The position numbers and the translations under genes were made by a program. From an uncultured Gammaproteobacteria bacterium (GTDB taxonomy: Bacteria; Patescibacteriota; Microgenomatia; CAZETR01; Amesbacteraceae), in NCBI GenBank assembly GCA_964356225.1, contig CAYHGA010000001.1, positions 29,573-93,572 of the forward strand: a DNA stretch of 64,000 bases. Direction: 5' to 3'. Shown here piece after piece: positions 30,164 to 41,929 of this stretch. The first letter of the stretch is position 1, and each line of letters starts with the position of its first letter. Below the pieces are notes generated by a model, which saw nothing but the letters and a program-made list of their open reading frames with translations, was not told where the DNA came from and ran no database searches.

Positions 30164-31015
30164 TCACTCTTCTGCGAATTCTTCTAGGAGCTCTTTTTGA
30201 CGACGAGAAAGGTGGGAGGGAAGGCCGATGACCAGGCGGATGTAGAAGTCGCCACGATTGGCGCGGGACAGGGCGTGGAGCTGGGGGGCACCCTTACCGG
30301 ACAATCTAACCATGGTCCCCGGTTGAGTACCGGGGCGGATTTTGAGCTTGAGATTTTCTTCCAGGGTGGGTACTGAAGTGGTGCCACCGAGAATAGCCAA
30401 AGTGAAAGGAATTTTGTGGTCTATATATATGTCTGCCCCGTCGCGACGAAAAACCGGGTCGGACTCGACTTCGAAAGTAATATCAAATTCGGTAAAGCGC
30501 AAGTGAGTCCCAGTATCGGCACCGGCGGGAATTTTGATGGCGTGAGTTTTGCCGTCGATGGTGACGCTTTCGGTCCCGCCCTTAATGGCTGTCATAAAGG
30601 GAATGCGCAGAGAATAGTGGGGTTTGGCGGGCCGGCTGCGGCCAAAGGGCGAAGCGCCACCAAAAAACTGTTCAAAGATTTCAAATGGATCTCCCATATC
30701 TCCAAAGGGGTTTTCTCCGCCGGGAGTGGAGTATGAATATTGGAACGGACCTTGCTGTTGGAAACCACCAAAACCTCCAAAACCGGGCCCGCCGGGCGGA
30801 GTGTGACCAAATTGATCGTATGTTTGTTTCTTTTGAGAATCAGATAGAATCTGATAGGCTTCGTTAATTTCTTTAAATTTGGCTTCGGCTTCGGGGGATT
30901 TGTTTTTGTCGGGATGCCACTGCATGGCCATCTTGCGGTAAGCCGATTTAATCTCGGCGTCGGAAGCGTTTTTAGAAACACCCAAGACGTCGTAATAATC
31001 TCTCTTTGCAGCCAT
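30164..31015 (-). CDS. dnaJ: DnaJ-family co-chaperone without zinc finger
   Basis: J domain with HPD, G/F linker, C-domain; no CxxCxGxG repeats. Confidence 0.9.
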   Translation of the reverse strand: MAAKRDYYDVLGVSKNASDAEIKSAYRKMAMQWHPDKNKSPEAEAKFKEINEAYQILSDSQKKQTYDQFGHTPPGGPGFGGFGGFQQQGPFQYSYSTPGGENPFGDMGDPFEIFEQFFGGASPFGRSRPAKPHYSLRIPFMTAIKGGTESVTIDGKTHAIKIPAGADTGTHLRFTEFDITFEVESDPVFRRDGADIYIDHKIPFTLAILGGTTSVPTLEENLKLKIRPGTQPGTMVRLSGKGAPQLHALSRANRGDFYIRLVIGLPSHLSRRQKELLEEFAEE

Positions 31016-31022
31016 AGTTGTA

Positions 31023-31049
31023 CTGGCAATTGTACCCCAAGACTGCTAA
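31023..31049 (-). promoter_or_regulatory. Degenerate CIRCE upstream of dnaJ
   Basis: TTAGCAGTC-N9-AATTGCCAG versus consensus TTAGCACTC-N9-GAGTGCTAA; overlaps TACAAT. Confidence 0.65.
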
Positions 31050-31077
31050 TGATGCCAGTGTGTTAAAATTACGTGCT

Positions 31078-33225
31078 ATGGCTGCGGATATAAAGACTAC
31101 TAATAGGATAGTGCCGTTGGATCGGGTGCGGAATATTGGCATAATTGCCCATATCGACGCCGGAAAAACGACGACTACGGAGCGGATTTTGTTTTATACC
31201 GGTAAATCCTACAAGATCGGAGATATTGATGAAGGCGACACGCAAATGGACTGGATGGAACAGGAGCGGGAACGGGGAATTACCATTGTCTCTGCGGCCA
31301 CGACGACGTTTTGGACTGTAAACGACCCGGTTTCCCCTGTCGAGACCGGCTCGTACCGGATTAATATCATTGACACCCCGGGGCATGTGGACTTTACGGC
31401 GGAAGTAGAAAGATCTTTGCGGGTTTTGGACGGAGCAGTGACTGTACTGGATGCAGAAGAAACTGTGCAATCGCAGACGGAAACGGTGTGGCGGCAGGCG
31501 GATAAATATAAAGTGCCGCGGATAATTTTTGTGAATAAGGTGGATAAGCTGGGAGCGAATTTTGAAGGGACAGTAAAAGCCGTTATCGATAGATTGGGGG
31601 CCAACCCGGCAGTGATGGCTTATCCGATCGGAGCTGAAAATACTTTCCGGGGGGTGGTCTTGCTACTGGAAAGAAAAGCTTTGATTTGGCAGGGTGACGA
31701 GACCGGGGCCAAGTTTGTGGAAGAAGAAGTGCCAGCAGATATGAAAGAGGTGGTAGAGAAATGGCGGACTAAACTTATCGAGCAAATTTCAGAAACAGAT
31801 GATGGTCTGTTAAACAAATTTCTGGCAGGAGAAGAGCCGGGTATCGCTGAACTGAAAGCAGCACTACGCCGGGCAACGATTGCTTATAAATTGGTGCCGA
31901 TGTATTCCGGAGCCAGCCTTCGCAACAAGGGAGTACAGCCGCTTTTGGACGCGGTCGTAGAATTTTTGCCGTCACCGGTGGATATTGATCATGTCAAAGG
32001 TTTAAACCCTAAAACCGGGGGAGAAGAAATAAGAAAAACCATTAATGAGGAAAAATTTTGCGGGTTGGCTTTTAAGATCCAGACCGATCCCCACGTGGGC
32101 CGGCTGACGTATTTAAGAATTTATTCGGGTAAATTAGAAGCAGGACAGGGTTTGTATAATGCCTCCAAGGATAAAGAAGAACGGATTTCGCGGATGCTTC
32201 TAATGCACGCTAATAAACGGGAAGAGATTGACGCGGCATACGCGGGAGAGATTGTAGCTTTGGTAGGATTACGGGAAACGAGTACAGGACATACTCTGTG
32301 TGACAAAAGCGCACCAATTATACTCGAGTCTATTACGTTTCCAGAACCAGTTATCTCGCTGGCTATTGAGCCAAAAACCAAACAAGATCAGGAAAAGATG
32401 GGGTTGGCTTTGAATAAATTATCCGATGAAGACCCAACTTTCAGGATTAAATCGAATTTGGAAACCGGGCAAACGATTATTTCGGGCATGGGAGAGCTGC
32501 ACTTGGAAATTATTGTGGACCGGATGAAACGGGAATTTGGAGTAGAGGCCGCCACCGGCGCCCCGCAGGTTGCGTATAAAGAAACTATTAGAAAAACCGC
32601 GGAGGCAGAAGGTAAGTACATTAAACAGTCCGGCGGACATGGCCAGTATGGTCACTGCTGGATTAAACTGGAACCCCTTCCCCGGGGCAGCGGGTTTGAG
32701 TTTGAAAATGACATCAAAGGGGGTGCCATTCCTTCTGAATTTATTCCGGCAATTGAAAAAGGAATTAAAGAGGCTATGGAAAACGGAGTCCTGGCAGGGT
32801 TCCCGGCGGTGGATATTAAAATTTCCCTGTATGACGGGACTTATCACGACGTGGACTCTTCGGAGATGGCGTTTAAGATCGCCGGGTCGATGGCTTTTCA
32901 ACACGGAGTGAAGCTGGCTGATCCATGCTTGCTGGAGCCAATTATGAAAGTGGAAGTGTCTACCCCGGAGGAATATATGGGGGACGTAATCGGCGACTTA
33001 TCCAGCAAGCGGGCACAAATTTTGGGAACGGACAAGCGGGGACACCTAACGATCATCAATGCTTACGTGCCTTTAGCTGAACTTTCTGGATATTCCACCA
33101 AGCTGCGGTCTATGTCTGCCGGCCGGGCCACCTATTATATGGAGCCGTCACACTACGAAGAGGTACCGAAGAATATTGCCGAGAACATCATTGCTAAATC
33201 TGGTAAAGTAGCGGCAAATGCTTAA
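31078..33225 (+). CDS. fusA: Elongation factor G
   Basis: [38 protein letters not shown]. Confidence 0.99.
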   Translation: MAADIKTTNRIVPLDRVRNIGIIAHIDAGKTTTTERILFYTGKSYKIGDIDEGDTQMDWMEQERERGITIVSAATTTFWTVNDPVSPVETGSYRINIIDTPGHVDFTAEVERSLRVLDGAVTVLDAEETVQSQTETVWRQADKYKVPRIIFVNKVDKLGANFEGTVKAVIDRLGANPAVMAYPIGAENTFRGVVLLLERKALIWQGDETGAKFVEEEVPADMKEVVEKWRTKLIEQISETDDGLLNKFLAGEEPGIAELKAALRRATIAYKLVPMYSGASLRNKGVQPLLDAVVEFLPSPVDIDHVKGLNPKTGGEEIRKTINEEKFCGLAFKIQTDPHVGRLTYLRIYSGKLEAGQGLYNASKDKEERISRMLLMHANKREEIDAAYAGEIVALVGLRETSTGHTLCDKSAPIILESITFPEPVISLAIEPKTKQDQEKMGLALNKLSDEDPTFRIKSNLETGQTIISGMGELHLEIIVDRMKREFGVEAATGAPQVAYKETIRKTAEAEGKYIKQSGGHGQYGHCWIKLEPLPRGSGFEFENDIKGGAIPSEFIPAIEKGIKEAMENGVLAGFPAVDIKISLYDGTYHDVDSSEMAFKIAGSMAFQHGVKLADPCLLEPIMKVEVSTPEEYMGDVIGDLSSKRAQILGTDKRGHLTIINAYVPLAELSGYSTKLRSMSAGRATYYMEPSHYEEVPKNIAENIIAKSGKVAANA

Positions 33226-33793
33226 GTGGATTGTCATAATTTTGGTTTTAATAGGCGGAATGATATGGCTGGTAAGTGGACAGGGAAGTTTGCCGGGGGA
33301 AATGGTTGTAGATCAGGGGCGGGAACATTGGGAACACGCCAAACTGGATGAGTTTAAGTACAATTCTAATCCCCCGGTTTCCGGGCCCCATGATGTCGAT
33401 TGGATCCGCCCCGGGATTTACGGCGAGGTGCAGGATAAATATAAATTACTGCACTCACTGGAGCATGGATATATCGTCGCCCACTATAATTGTGGGCTCC
33501 AAATTTCTAATTTTCAATTTTTAATTTTTAATGCTAGTGCACATGAAGATAATGGAGTAGCAACGGATAGCGGGACAGTTAAAACTAATTGCGCGCTGGG
33601 GCAGACTTTGGGAGATTTTGCCAAGAAAATGACACTGTTTAAAATAATCGTGGCGCCAAATCCGACAATTGATAAACCCATAATTATGACGGCGTGGGGC
33701 AGAATGCTAAAAATGGACGCTTGGGACGAAAAGCAGGCGGAAAAGTTTGTAAAAGCCTTCCGCAATAAAGGCCCAGAAGCTACAATGGAGTAG
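33218..33793 (+). CDS. DUF3105-like exported protein
   Basis: [26 protein letters not shown]. Confidence 0.8.
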   Translation: MLKWIVIILVLIGGMIWLVSGQGSLPGEMVVDQGREHWEHAKLDEFKYNSNPPVSGPHDVDWIRPGIYGEVQDKYKLLHSLEHGYIVAHYNCGLQISNFQFLIFNASAHEDNGVATDSGTVKTNCALGQTLGDFAKKMTLFKIIVAPNPTIDKPIIMTAWGRMLKMDAWDEKQAEKFVKAFRNKGPEATME

Positions 33794-33794
33794 T

Positions 33795-34355
33795 ATGGCT
33801 GAACCGGGGTACAAGTCACTACTTTCCTATAAGCTTGCTCAAATTGCTTTTGATTTGGGATGGGGGTTTGTGCCCCTTTACTACTGTAAATACGAAGACA
33901 ACCGCCAACGCGATCAGATCAAACAGGCTTTACGCTCGTTAAAACAAAACATCGTAGAGGGTTCTTCCGAAAGAAGTCTTTCTACTAAACTAAAGCTTTA
34001 CGATGTAGCCAAAGCCTCAGGCATGGAAGCTCGAGAAGATTTTGAGGATATTCTGCGACGTATGGGGCTATCGCGCTGGAGCAAAGATGATTCCCGACTG
34101 GCTAAAACCCGGAAGATTTTTGAGTCTTCTCCTTCTATTTCCCCCTCACTTCTCCCTATTTCCCTCTGGGTAACCAAGAAGGAAAAAGAAGGAAGAGAGG
34201 GATTAGAGGAAATAGTAAATTATGAACTGGATCTGCTAATCCGCTGTGGATATTTACTAGATCAGCAAATCCGGGCGGTAGAGAAAAAGCACATGGAAGA
34301 GGGCGGATACTCCGAAAAACTACTTAGAAAGCGCTTAGAGTATCGCAGATCGTGA
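33795..34355 (+). CDS. Four-helix-bundle protein (23S IVS-protein-like) with suffix domain
   Basis: GYKSL.SY, DQIKQALRS.KQNIVEGS, VAKAS..E..EDF, C-terminal LLDQQI..EEGGYSEKL..R. Confidence 0.82.
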   Translation: MAEPGYKSLLSYKLAQIAFDLGWGFVPLYYCKYEDNRQRDQIKQALRSLKQNIVEGSSERSLSTKLKLYDVAKASGMEAREDFEDILRRMGLSRWSKDDSRLAKTRKIFESSPSISPSLLPISLWVTKKEKEGREGLEEIVNYELDLLIRCGYLLDQQIRAVEKKHMEEGGYSEKLLRKRLEYRRS

Positions 34356-34376
34356 ATAATGGAGTGAATTTCCCCC

Positions 34377-34405
34377 TTGCGTAGAAAAAAGTTATCGTTT
34401 AGAAT
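34377..34405 (+). promoter_or_regulatory. tuf promoter
   Basis: TTGCGT-17-TAGAAT, 12 nt before ATG. Confidence 0.65.
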
Positions 34406-34417
34406 TGAGAGCGTCGT

Positions 34418-35596
34418 ATGGCTACATTTGTGAGAAATAAACCACATGTGAATATCGGAACCATTGGTCACGTGGATCACGGGAAGACGACTTTGACGTC
34501 GGCTATTACCATGGTTCTCGCTAAAAAAGGAATGGCCACCGCTAAGAAATATGAGGAAATTGATTCAGCTCCGGAAGAAAAAGCCCGCGGAGTAACTATT
34601 AATCTTTCCCATCAAGAATACGAAACCGAAAAGAGGCATTACGCTCACATTGACGCTCCGGGTCACGCAGACTACATCAAAAATATGATTACGGGGGCCG
34701 CCCAGATGGACGGAGCTATTTTGGTGGTCTCGGCTCCAGACGGACCCATGCCCCAAACCCGGGAGCATATTCTGTTGGCCAAACAGGTAAATGTGCCCGC
34801 AATCGTGGTGTTTTTGAATAAGTGTGACATGGTGGATGATGCAGAACTTCTGGATCTAGTGGAAATGGAAGTCCGGGAACTGTTAACTAAGTACGGATTC
34901 CCCGGCAACGAGGTACCCATAATCCGCGGGTCGGCTCTGAAAGCTACCGAAGGAGATGCCAAGGCAGAGGAAGCAATTTTAGAGTTGATTAAGAAAGTGG
35001 ATGAATATATTCCAGACCCAGTGCGGGAACTAGACAAGCCGTTCTTGATGCCAGTCGAGGACGTCTTTTCTATTAAGGGCCGGGGAACGGTGGTGACGGG
35101 GAGAATTGAGCGCGGAAAGGTGAAGATTAACGAAACGATCGAGATTGTGGGAATCAAGGCTACGCAGACTACGGTGGTTACGGGTGTAGAAATGTTTAGA
35201 AAACAACTGGACGAAGGGTTGGCCGGAGACAACGTGGGTATATTGCTAAGAGGAATTGAAAAAGATCAGGTAGAGAGAGGCCAAGTATTGGCCAAGCCAG
35301 GAACGATTACTCCACATACAGAATTCGATGCCGAAGTATACGTCCTGACTAAAGAAGAGGGGGGAAGGCATACTTCTTTCTTCTCCGGATACCGACCTCA
35401 ATTCTTCATCCGAACCACGGACGTGACGGGTGAAGTAACATTGGCAACCGGAGTGGAAATGGTGATGCCGGGAGACAATGCTAAAGTGAAAGTAAAGCTA
35501 ATTGCTCCAGTAGCTTTGGAAGAGGGACTGCGGTTTGCTATCCGTGAAGGCGGCAAGACCGTGGGAGCAGGCGCGGTGACCAAGATCATCGCTTAA
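34418..35596 (+). CDS. tuf: Elongation factor Tu
   Basis: [27 protein letters not shown]. Confidence 0.99.
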   Translation: MATFVRNKPHVNIGTIGHVDHGKTTLTSAITMVLAKKGMATAKKYEEIDSAPEEKARGVTINLSHQEYETEKRHYAHIDAPGHADYIKNMITGAAQMDGAILVVSAPDGPMPQTREHILLAKQVNVPAIVVFLNKCDMVDDAELLDLVEMEVRELLTKYGFPGNEVPIIRGSALKATEGDAKAEEAILELIKKVDEYIPDPVRELDKPFLMPVEDVFSIKGRGTVVTGRIERGKVKINETIEIVGIKATQTTVVTGVEMFRKQLDEGLAGDNVGILLRGIEKDQVERGQVLAKPGTITPHTEFDAEVYVLTKEEGGRHTSFFSGYRPQFFIRTTDVTGEVTLATGVEMVMPGDNAKVKVKLIAPVALEEGLRFAIREGGKTVGAGAVTKIIA

Positions 35597-35613
35597 TTTT
35601 CAAGCACCTTAAT

Positions 35614-35922
35614 ATGGCAAAAGGAAGACTACGTGTCCGCTTAAAGTCTTTTGACCATCGAGTCATTGACGAAACGGCGGCCAAAATACTAGAAACAGCT
35701 CTGGCTACCGGAGCTAAAGTTTCGGGACCTATTCCTTTGCCGACTGACCGAAAATTAATAGTAGTAACCTCTTCACCTCATGTAGATAAAAATGCCCGGG
35801 AACACTTCGAGATGCTGGTGCACAAAAGATTGATAGATATTCTGGATCCCACCCCTAAGACAATTGAATCTCTCTCCAATTTGGAACTGCCCGCGGGAGT
35901 GGATATTGAGATTAAGATGTAA
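35614..35922 (+). CDS. rpsJ: 30S ribosomal protein S10
   Basis: GPIPLPT, HKRLIDI. Confidence 0.98.
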   Translation: MAKGRLRVRLKSFDHRVIDETAAKILETALATGAKVSGPIPLPTDRKLIVVTSSPHVDKNAREHFEMLVHKRLIDILDPTPKTIESLSNLELPAGVDIEIKM

Positions 35923-35925
35923 GTC

Positions 35926-36041
35926 TGGTATAATGGTTGCACTGTCGTGATTACAGTACGCATACTGCGGTTAACGTAAGTGCGGAAGGGACTTGTTTAT
36001 TGAAGTGCCGTCCGGCACTTTTTTTATTGCACAGCATAGAC
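35926..36041 (+). promoter_or_regulatory. Internal promoter and structured leader with terminator before rplC
   Basis: TGGTATAAT; hairpins; AAGTGCC-GTCC-GGCACTT followed by a T run. Confidence 0.7.
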
Positions 36042-36572
36042 ATGCTAAACACTATATTTGCCAAAAAAAAGGAGATGAGCATGAGGTACACTCCTGACGG
36101 GAGACAGCTAGGCGTGACTGTACTGTCTATATTACCGGCTACTGAAGCCGGTTCACGCACAAAAGAAAAACATGGATATGAGGCGAAACAACTCAAAATT
36201 CAAATGTCAAAATTTAAAACTATAATAAGAGAAGTCCGCGATTCAAAAGAGGCGGACTTTTTAGTTGGGGACGTGGTGCAGGTGAAGGGGATTTCCAAAG
36301 GCAAGGGATGGGCGGGAGCGGTGAAAAGACATGGATTTGCGGGCGGACCGAGAACTCATGGTCAATCAGATAGAGAAAGGGCGCCAGGATCAAGTGGACA
36401 AACTACAACTCCGGGACGGGTGCTGCGGGGAAAAAGAATGGCAGGACGGATGGGGGGAGAAACCGTGACGGTAAAGGGGTTGAAGATTCTGGATATTAAC
36501 GAAAAAGAGATGGCGGTTATTGGCGCAGTCCCCGGACACCGGGGATCTTTTGTAACTGTTTCAAAAATATGA
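36042..36572 (+). CDS. rplC: 50S ribosomal protein L3
   Basis: GISKGKGWAG, THGQSDR.RAPGS, GKRMAGRMG; ATG 36042. Confidence 0.97.
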   Translation: MLNTIFAKKKEMSMRYTPDGRQLGVTVLSILPATEAGSRTKEKHGYEAKQLKIQMSKFKTIIREVRDSKEADFLVGDVVQVKGISKGKGWAGAVKRHGFAGGPRTHGQSDRERAPGSSGQTTTPGRVLRGKRMAGRMGGETVTVKGLKILDINEKEMAVIGAVPGHRGSFVTVSKI

Positions 36573-37183
36573 TTTCAGCAATAACTTATAACTTGAAGGG
36601 AGAAAAAGTCGAGTCAACTCCCCTGCCCGGCTCCATTTTTGAAATTAAAGTCGAGCCGGCACTGCTAGCACAGGCGGTGCGGGTGTGGCTATCTAACCAG
36701 CGGCGGGCCGGAGCGTCTACAAAAACCAGGAGTGAAGTCGCTAAGACTACGGCTAAGCCGTATAAACAAAAAGGCACGGGTAGAGCGAGACATGGCAGCT
36801 CGGCCGCCCCGATATTTGTGGGCGGGGGAATTGCTCATGGACCAAGCGGGGAACAAAACTACAAAATGACAATGCCGGCTAAAATGAGGAGACTGGCTCT
36901 GCTGGGGGCTTTGTCGGCAAAAGCTGAGGCTAAACAAATTATGGTAGTTACTGGAGCCGAGAAGGCCAGCGGAAAAACAAAGCAAGTGAGTTGGCTGGCA
37001 GATGGAAGGTGTCTAGTGGTAACCGCCAGCGGCCAAGATAAATTCAAACAAGCCACGCGGAATTTAAATGCCGCTCAATTAAGCGGCGTGAGCAGCTTGT
37101 CTGCCTACACGGTGCTAGCTCACAAACGGCTGATATTAACCAAGGAAACGTTAGCTGAAATTAAAAAAACATATGCTGCTTAA
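36569..37183 (+). CDS. rplD: 50S ribosomal protein L4
   Basis: KQKGTGRARHGS. Confidence 0.97.
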   Translation: MISAITYNLKGEKVESTPLPGSIFEIKVEPALLAQAVRVWLSNQRRAGASTKTRSEVAKTTAKPYKQKGTGRARHGSSAAPIFVGGGIAHGPSGEQNYKMTMPAKMRRLALLGALSAKAEAKQIMVVTGAEKASGKTKQVSWLADGRCLVVTASGQDKFKQATRNLNAAQLSGVSSLSAYTVLAHKRLILTKETLAEIKKTYAA

Positions 37184-37448
37184 AGCCGTGGTCACTGAAA
37201 AATCTATGAGAGAGGCCCAAAATAAAAGGTACACTTTTGCGGTGACTCCGGAGGCAACTAAGCCGAAAATAAGAAAGGCGGTAGAGGAAATGTTTGGGGT
37301 GGAAGTGCTAAGAGTGCAAACTCTGATTATGCCCGGTAAGTCCCGGCGCAGCCGACGGATGGGTGGAGAAACCACGGCTCCGGACTGGAAAAAAGCGATA
37401 GTACATATTAATTCTAAACAGAGCATTGACCTATGGAAAAAAGATTAA
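37173..37448 (+). CDS. rplW: 50S ribosomal protein L23
   Basis: VTEKS, YTF.V..ATK, WKKAIV. Confidence 0.95.
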   Translation: MLLKAVVTEKSMREAQNKRYTFAVTPEATKPKIRKAVEEMFGVEVLRVQTLIMPGKSRRSRRMGGETTAPDWKKAIVHINSKQSIDLWKKD

Positions 37449-38173
37449 CTTGGACTTTACCTAAAAACTCCGGCCGGAATTCTACCGGGGTGGTGACTAC
37501 CCGGCATCAGGGAGCCAGAGAAAAGAGACGCTACCGGGATATTGATTGGAAACGGGATAAGCGGGATGTGCCGGGACGAGTGGTGGCTATCGAGTACGAT
37601 CCAAACCGCACGGCTGATGTGGCTTTGATCCAATACGCGGACGGGGCCAGAAAATATATCCTGGCACCGGATGGAATGAAAGCGGGACAACGGGTAGTGA
37701 GCGGAGAAGCCGCCCCACTGACTGCGGGAAACGCTTTGCCCTTGAAAGCAATTCCGGTGGGCACAATGATACACTGTCTAGAGGTAACGGTTGGCCGAGG
37801 GGCAAAACTAGTGCGCGGGGCTGGAGGAGCAGCGGTAATTCAGGGTTTCGAAGAAGGGTGGGCTCTGGTAAAATTGCCATCGGGCGAAATCCGACGCATA
37901 AGGCCCGAAGCGTATGCCACAATTGGGCAAATCGGTAATTTAGTCTGGAAGAATGTAAATCTGGGCACGGCGGGAAGAAAGAGGCATATGGGAATCCGGC
38001 CAACTGTCCGGGGAACGGCACAAAATCCCAGGTCCCATCCTCACGGCGGCGGAGAGGGTCGGTCTGGAGAGGGAATGCATCCCAAGACGCCGTGGGGTAG
38101 ATCAGCCAGAGGGAATAGGACCAGAAATAAATTTAAATATTCGCACAAGATGGTTGTGCAAAGACGCAAATGA
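37433..38173 (+). CDS. rplB: 50S ribosomal protein L2
   Basis: [23 protein letters not shown]. Confidence 0.98.
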   Translation: MEKRLTWTLPKNSGRNSTGVVTTRHQGAREKRRYRDIDWKRDKRDVPGRVVAIEYDPNRTADVALIQYADGARKYILAPDGMKAGQRVVSGEAAPLTAGNALPLKAIPVGTMIHCLEVTVGRGAKLVRGAGGAAVIQGFEEGWALVKLPSGEIRRIRPEAYATIGQIGNLVWKNVNLGTAGRKRHMGIRPTVRGTAQNPRSHPHGGGEGRSGEGMHPKTPWGRSARGNRTRNKFKYSHKMVVQRRK

Positions 38174-38424
38174 AGGCACCATATATTGATCAGAAATTAA
38201 TGGCCAAGGTGGGTAAAAAAATGAATCCCATCAAGACCTGGGCTAGAAATAGCCAGATACCTCCGGAGTTTGTGGGGACGACTTTTCAGGTGCACGACGG
38301 CCATAAATTTGTGGACGTATTTATCAATGAGTCGATGGTGGGACACCGTTTGGGGGAGTTCTCTCCAACCCGAACATTTAGGGGCCATGGAGCAATAGTT
38401 AAGAGAACCATGGAGAAAACATGA
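38170..38424 (+). CDS. rpsS: 30S ribosomal protein S19
   Basis: [13 protein letters not shown]. Confidence 0.97.
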   Translation: MKAPYIDQKLMAKVGKKMNPIKTWARNSQIPPEFVGTTFQVHDGHKFVDVFINESMVGHRLGEFSPTRTFRGHGAIVKRTMEKT

Positions 38425-38780
38425 CGACGGTTAAAGCCAAAGCCAGTTTTATCATGTCCAGTCCACGCAAGTTGCGGCTGGTAGCAGACGCAGTCCGGGG
38501 TTTGTCTCCAAAGACCGCTATCGATCAACTAAAAATGCTTCCTAAAAGAGCCGCCGGAGTATTGCTGTCCGTTTTTGAGCAAGCGATGGGCAATGCAAAA
38601 AATAATTTCAAATTGTCCCCAGAAAATTTGAGAATTAAATCGCTATCGATTAACGATGGGCCGCGGGGGCCAAAACGAATGGACCGGTCTCACGGAGCCA
38701 GATTTGATAGAGGTGTGAAAAGACGAAAGTATGCACATGTTAGTTTAGAGCTGGAGGAAAAAACCGCAGATGGGAAATAA
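38421..38780 (+). CDS. rplV: 50S ribosomal protein L22
   Basis: [14 protein letters not shown]. Confidence 0.96.
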   Translation: MTTVKAKASFIMSSPRKLRLVADAVRGLSPKTAIDQLKMLPKRAAGVLLSVFEQAMGNAKNNFKLSPENLRIKSLSINDGPRGPKRMDRSHGARFDRGVKRRKYAHVSLELEEKTADGK

Positions 38781-39429
38781 AGTTAACCCGGTAGGATACC
38801 GGCTACCACTGTCCCCGACTGCAACCTGGAAATCCAGGTGGTTTACTACCAACCCCAAAAAATACCGGGGGTATTTGGCTACGGATGTTAAATTAAGAAA
38901 AGCGCTGATGGAAAAACTTAAAGTGGCCGGAGCAACAAGAGTGAATATTGAAAGATCGCTGAAAAACATGAAGGTGGTGATCTATGTAACCCGCCCGGGG
39001 GTGGTGATTGGGCGGGGGGGGGCGGGAATCGACGAGCTGAAAAAATTCATTTCCAAGACTTTAGGCCGCCAAGATCTAAAAGTGGAACAGCCGCAAATTG
39101 AGGAAGTAAAAATGCCGGACTTGAATGCGCACCTGGTAGCGTCTAAAATTGCCGAGCAAATTGAGCGCAGATTGCCAGCCCGGCGGGTAGCTAAAAAATC
39201 TATCGAACGGACCATGCAGGCGGGAGCAAAAGGCATAAAAGTATTGATTGCCGGCAGAATTAACGGGGCGGAAATTTCCCGACGGGAGCTGTATCACGAA
39301 GGATCGGTGCCGCTACAGACCTTGAGAGCGGATATTGATTACGCCCAAGTACCGGCACTGACCCGCTCCGGATACGTGGGAGTTAAAGTGTGGATTAATC
39401 GAGGAGAAACAAACTATGCTACAACCTAA
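38770..39429 (+). CDS. rpsC: 30S ribosomal protein S3
   Basis: [38 protein letters not shown]. Confidence 0.98.
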   Translation: MGNKVNPVGYRLPLSPTATWKSRWFTTNPKKYRGYLATDVKLRKALMEKLKVAGATRVNIERSLKNMKVVIYVTRPGVVIGRGGAGIDELKKFISKTLGRQDLKVEQPQIEEVKMPDLNAHLVASKIAEQIERRLPARRVAKKSIERTMQAGAKGIKVLIAGRINGAEISRRELYHEGSVPLQTLRADIDYAQVPALTRSGYVGVKVWINRGETNYATT

Positions 39430-39826
39430 AAAACAAAAATACCGAAAACAGTTCCGGGGCCATATGAATGGGTCGGCCAGCCGGGGCAACGCTTTGAGTT
39501 TCGGAGAATACGGCATGAAAGCTATAAGCCGGGGGTGGTTATCAGCAAAGCAAATTGAAGCTGCCAGAAAAGCCATTACTCATTATTCCCAAAGAGGGGG
39601 TAAAGTATGGATTCGGGTTTTTCCAGATAAACCGATTACTAAGAAAGCTCTGGGGACAAGAATGGGTTCTGGTAAGGGGGACATTGTCGATTATGTAGCG
39701 GTAATCACTCCGGGCAGAATTATTTTTGAAATCGCCGGAGTAAGTGAAGATGTAGCCCGAACGGCGTTTGCTAGAGCGATAGCCAAATTACCGTTTAAAT
39801 TCAGGATAATTTCTAAAAATGATTAA
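39416..39826 (+). CDS. rplP: 50S ribosomal protein L16
   Basis: [15 protein letters not shown]. Confidence 0.98.
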   Translation: MLQPKKQKYRKQFRGHMNGSASRGNALSFGEYGMKAISRGWLSAKQIEAARKAITHYSQRGGKVWIRVFPDKPITKKALGTRMGSGKGDIVDYVAVITPGRIIFEIAGVSEDVARTAFARAIAKLPFKFRIISKND

Positions 39827-39986
39827 ATTTAAATCCCAAGTTAAAATATTGAATCCTGAGGAGCTGGCGGTCAAGATCAGGGAGCTGGTGACTCAGATCG
39901 CCAGAGCCAGGGTGGAAAAGAAACCGACCCATAAACTGCTTAAACAGTTAGCTATTGTAAAAACATATGCGCGTAATAACCGGTAA
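39819..39986 (+). CDS. rpmC: 50S ribosomal protein L29 (divergent, 55 aa; not in ORF track)
   Basis: Hand translation [55 protein letters not shown]; syntenic position between rplP and rpsQ. Confidence 0.8.
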   Translation: MIKFKSQVKILNPEELAVKIRELVTQIARARVEKKPTHKLLKQLAIVKTYARNNR

Positions 39987-40191
39987 AGTCATCTCGGACA
40001 AAATGAATAAAACTGTAGTGGTAGAGGCGGGGCGGTTGGCTGTTCATCCTAAATATCATAAACGGATAAAAAGAACGCAAAAGTTTCATGCCCACAACGA
40101 GCTGGGGGTAAAAGTGGGAGATGTGGTAAAGATTGTAGAGGTTAAGCCGGTTTCGGCAACTAAATCCTGGAAAGTGACTGAAAAAATATGA
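39967..40191 (+). CDS. rpsQ: 30S ribosomal protein S17
   Basis: [18 protein letters not shown]. Confidence 0.97.
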   Translation: MRVITGKVISDKMNKTVVVEAGRLAVHPKYHKRIKRTQKFHAHNELGVKVGDVVKIVEVKPVSATKSWKVTEKI

Positions 40192-40559
40192 TTCAACTAC
40201 GCACTATATTACAACCTGCGGATAACAGCGGTGCTAAAAAGCTGCGGGTAATCCAGATTATGGGATCCTGGAAGCGCAAATGGGGCACTTTGGGAGATGT
40301 AGCTACCGCTATAGTAGACGGAGCGGACTCTACCGGCGTGGTTAAAGATTCAGAAGTGGTAAAAGTGGTTATTGTGCGTATCCGCAAAGAGAAGAGGCGG
40401 AAAGACGGCAGCTACATCCGCTTTGACGATAACGCCGGAGTCGTGATTGATCCTAAGACCGGCGAACCCAGAGGAAGCCGGATTTTCGGGCCGGTGGCCC
40501 GGGAAGTAAAAGATGCCGGATTTAATAAAATTGCGTCGCTGGCGGCTGAAGTCATATGA
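40188..40559 (+). CDS. rplN: 50S ribosomal protein L14
   Basis: [23 protein letters not shown]. Confidence 0.98.
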   Translation: MIQLRTILQPADNSGAKKLRVIQIMGSWKRKWGTLGDVATAIVDGADSTGVVKDSEVVKVVIVRIRKEKRRKDGSYIRFDDNAGVVIDPKTGEPRGSRIFGPVAREVKDAGFNKIASLAAEVI

Positions 40560-40897
40560 AACTACATAAAGGAGACAAAATTCTAGTAACCGCCGGAAAA
40601 GACCGGGGGCGGGAAGGCGTGGTGGAGAGAACCTGGAAAGAGGCGGCCAAGGTGTTAATTCCCGGGATAAACCAGTACAAGAAACACCGCAAACCCCAAG
40701 GGGAAAATCATCCCGGAGAAATTTTGACGCTGAACCGGCCGCTACCAATAGGCAATGTGGCCCTGGTTTGCCCAAAATGTAAACAACCAACCCGGATAGG
40801 ATACCGGATAGTGGGAGACAAGAAAACAAGGATCTGCCGCAAATGTGATATGGAAATAGATGAAAAACCTAAGTTAAAAGCTAAAAGTAAAAAATAA
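40556..40897 (+). CDS. rplX: 50S ribosomal protein L24
   Basis: [17 protein letters not shown] motif; CPKC/CRKC. Confidence 0.96.
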   Translation: MKLHKGDKILVTAGKDRGREGVVERTWKEAAKVLIPGINQYKKHRKPQGENHPGEILTLNRPLPIGNVALVCPKCKQPTRIGYRIVGDKKTRICRKCDMEIDEKPKLKAKSKK

Positions 40898-40899
40898 AT

Positions 40900-41379
40900 A
40901 TGTGGGAACCAAAAATCACTAAAGTTGTTTTAAATATCGGTCTTAAAGAGGCAGTGCACGATAAAGGGGTACTGGAAAAAGCCTCCGAACAATTGGCAGC
41001 AATTGCCGGACAAAAGCCTAAAGTTACCCGGGCAAAAATATCTATTGCCAATTTTAAGGTGCGGCAAGGTGACCCGGTAGGGCTAACGGTCACCCTGCGA
41101 GGCAAAAGAATGCAAGATTTCGTGACTAAGCTAATCAGCATCGTCTTGCCCAGGGTGCGGGATTTCCACGGAGTATCCGGAACAGCTTTTGATAAAAAGG
41201 GGAATTACACATTGGGATTTACGGAGCAGATCGTTTTCCCGGAAATAGATTATGCAAAAATTGATAAAATCAGAGGCTTGGAAGTTACTTTAGTAACCTC
41301 GGCTACAAATCCAGAGCAATCCAGAAAGTTACTTGAATTATTGGGCATGCCTTTCAAAAAAAATGGCAAAAACATCTAA
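40900..41379 (+). CDS. rplE: 50S ribosomal protein L5 (N-terminally short)
   Basis: [28 protein letters not shown]. Confidence 0.97.
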   Translation: MWEPKITKVVLNIGLKEAVHDKGVLEKASEQLAAIAGQKPKVTRAKISIANFKVRQGDPVGLTVTLRGKRMQDFVTKLISIVLPRVRDFHGVSGTAFDKKGNYTLGFTEQIVFPEIDYAKIDKIRGLEVTLVTSATNPEQSRKLLELLGMPFKKNGKNI

Positions 41380-41551
41380 AGTTGTAAAACAAGAAAAAGG
41401 TTACTTAAAGTATCCGACGCAATACCGCAACCGGTGCGGACGTTGCGGGCGACCGCGAGGCTATATGCGGATGTTTGGTTTGTGCCGGCTGTGTTTTAGA
41501 GAGCTGGTGCACCGCGGCGAATTGCCAGGAGTGAAAAAAGCATCATGGTAA
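41363..41551 (+). CDS. rpsN: 30S ribosomal protein S14 (zinc type)
   Basis: [24 protein letters not shown]. Confidence 0.97.
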   Translation: MAKTSKVVKQEKGYLKYPTQYRNRCGRCGRPRGYMRMFGLCRLCFRELVHRGELPGVKKASW

Positions 41552-41925
41552 ACGATCCCTTATCAGATTTGGTGGCCAGAATTAAGAACGGTTACCGGGC
41601 CGGAGCTCGTGAAGTACGTCTGCCGTGGAGCCGGATAAAAGAAGACGTGGCCCGGGTGTTAACGGAGCAAAAATTGGTGGAGAGACATGAAAAGAAAGAG
41701 AACGAGTTAGTGATTGGCTTGCGGTACGACGGTAAAACTCCAGCACTGACCGATATCCGCCGGGTAAGCAAACCGGGGGTACGGATTTATTCCGGAGTGA
41801 AAAAACTACCCCGGGTTTTGGGAGGATTGGGAATTAATATTTTGTCTACACCTGCCGGCATTATGGCGGATAAGCAAGCTAAAAAGTTACATGTGGGGGG
41901 CGAAATTATCGCTCAAGCTTGGTAA
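41545..41925 (+). CDS. rpsH: 30S ribosomal protein S8
   Basis: DPLSDL.ARIKN, RVSKPG.RIY, GGEII. Confidence 0.97.
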   Translation: MVNDPLSDLVARIKNGYRAGAREVRLPWSRIKEDVARVLTEQKLVERHEKKENELVIGLRYDGKTPALTDIRRVSKPGVRIYSGVKKLPRVLGGLGINILSTPAGIMADKQAKKLHVGGEIIAQAW

Positions 41926-41929
41926 AAAT

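Noticed and set aside
33795-34355. Avd-like gene suggesting a diversity-generating retroelement
   Set aside because: No reverse transcriptase and no TR/VR pair differing at adenines was seen in the window
35937-36041. N-terminal extension of L3 in the ORF track (likewise extensions of infB, mltG, fusA, udg, ftsK)
   Set aside because: Homology begins at downstream starts; the extensions overlap neighbouring genes, promoters or leader RNA
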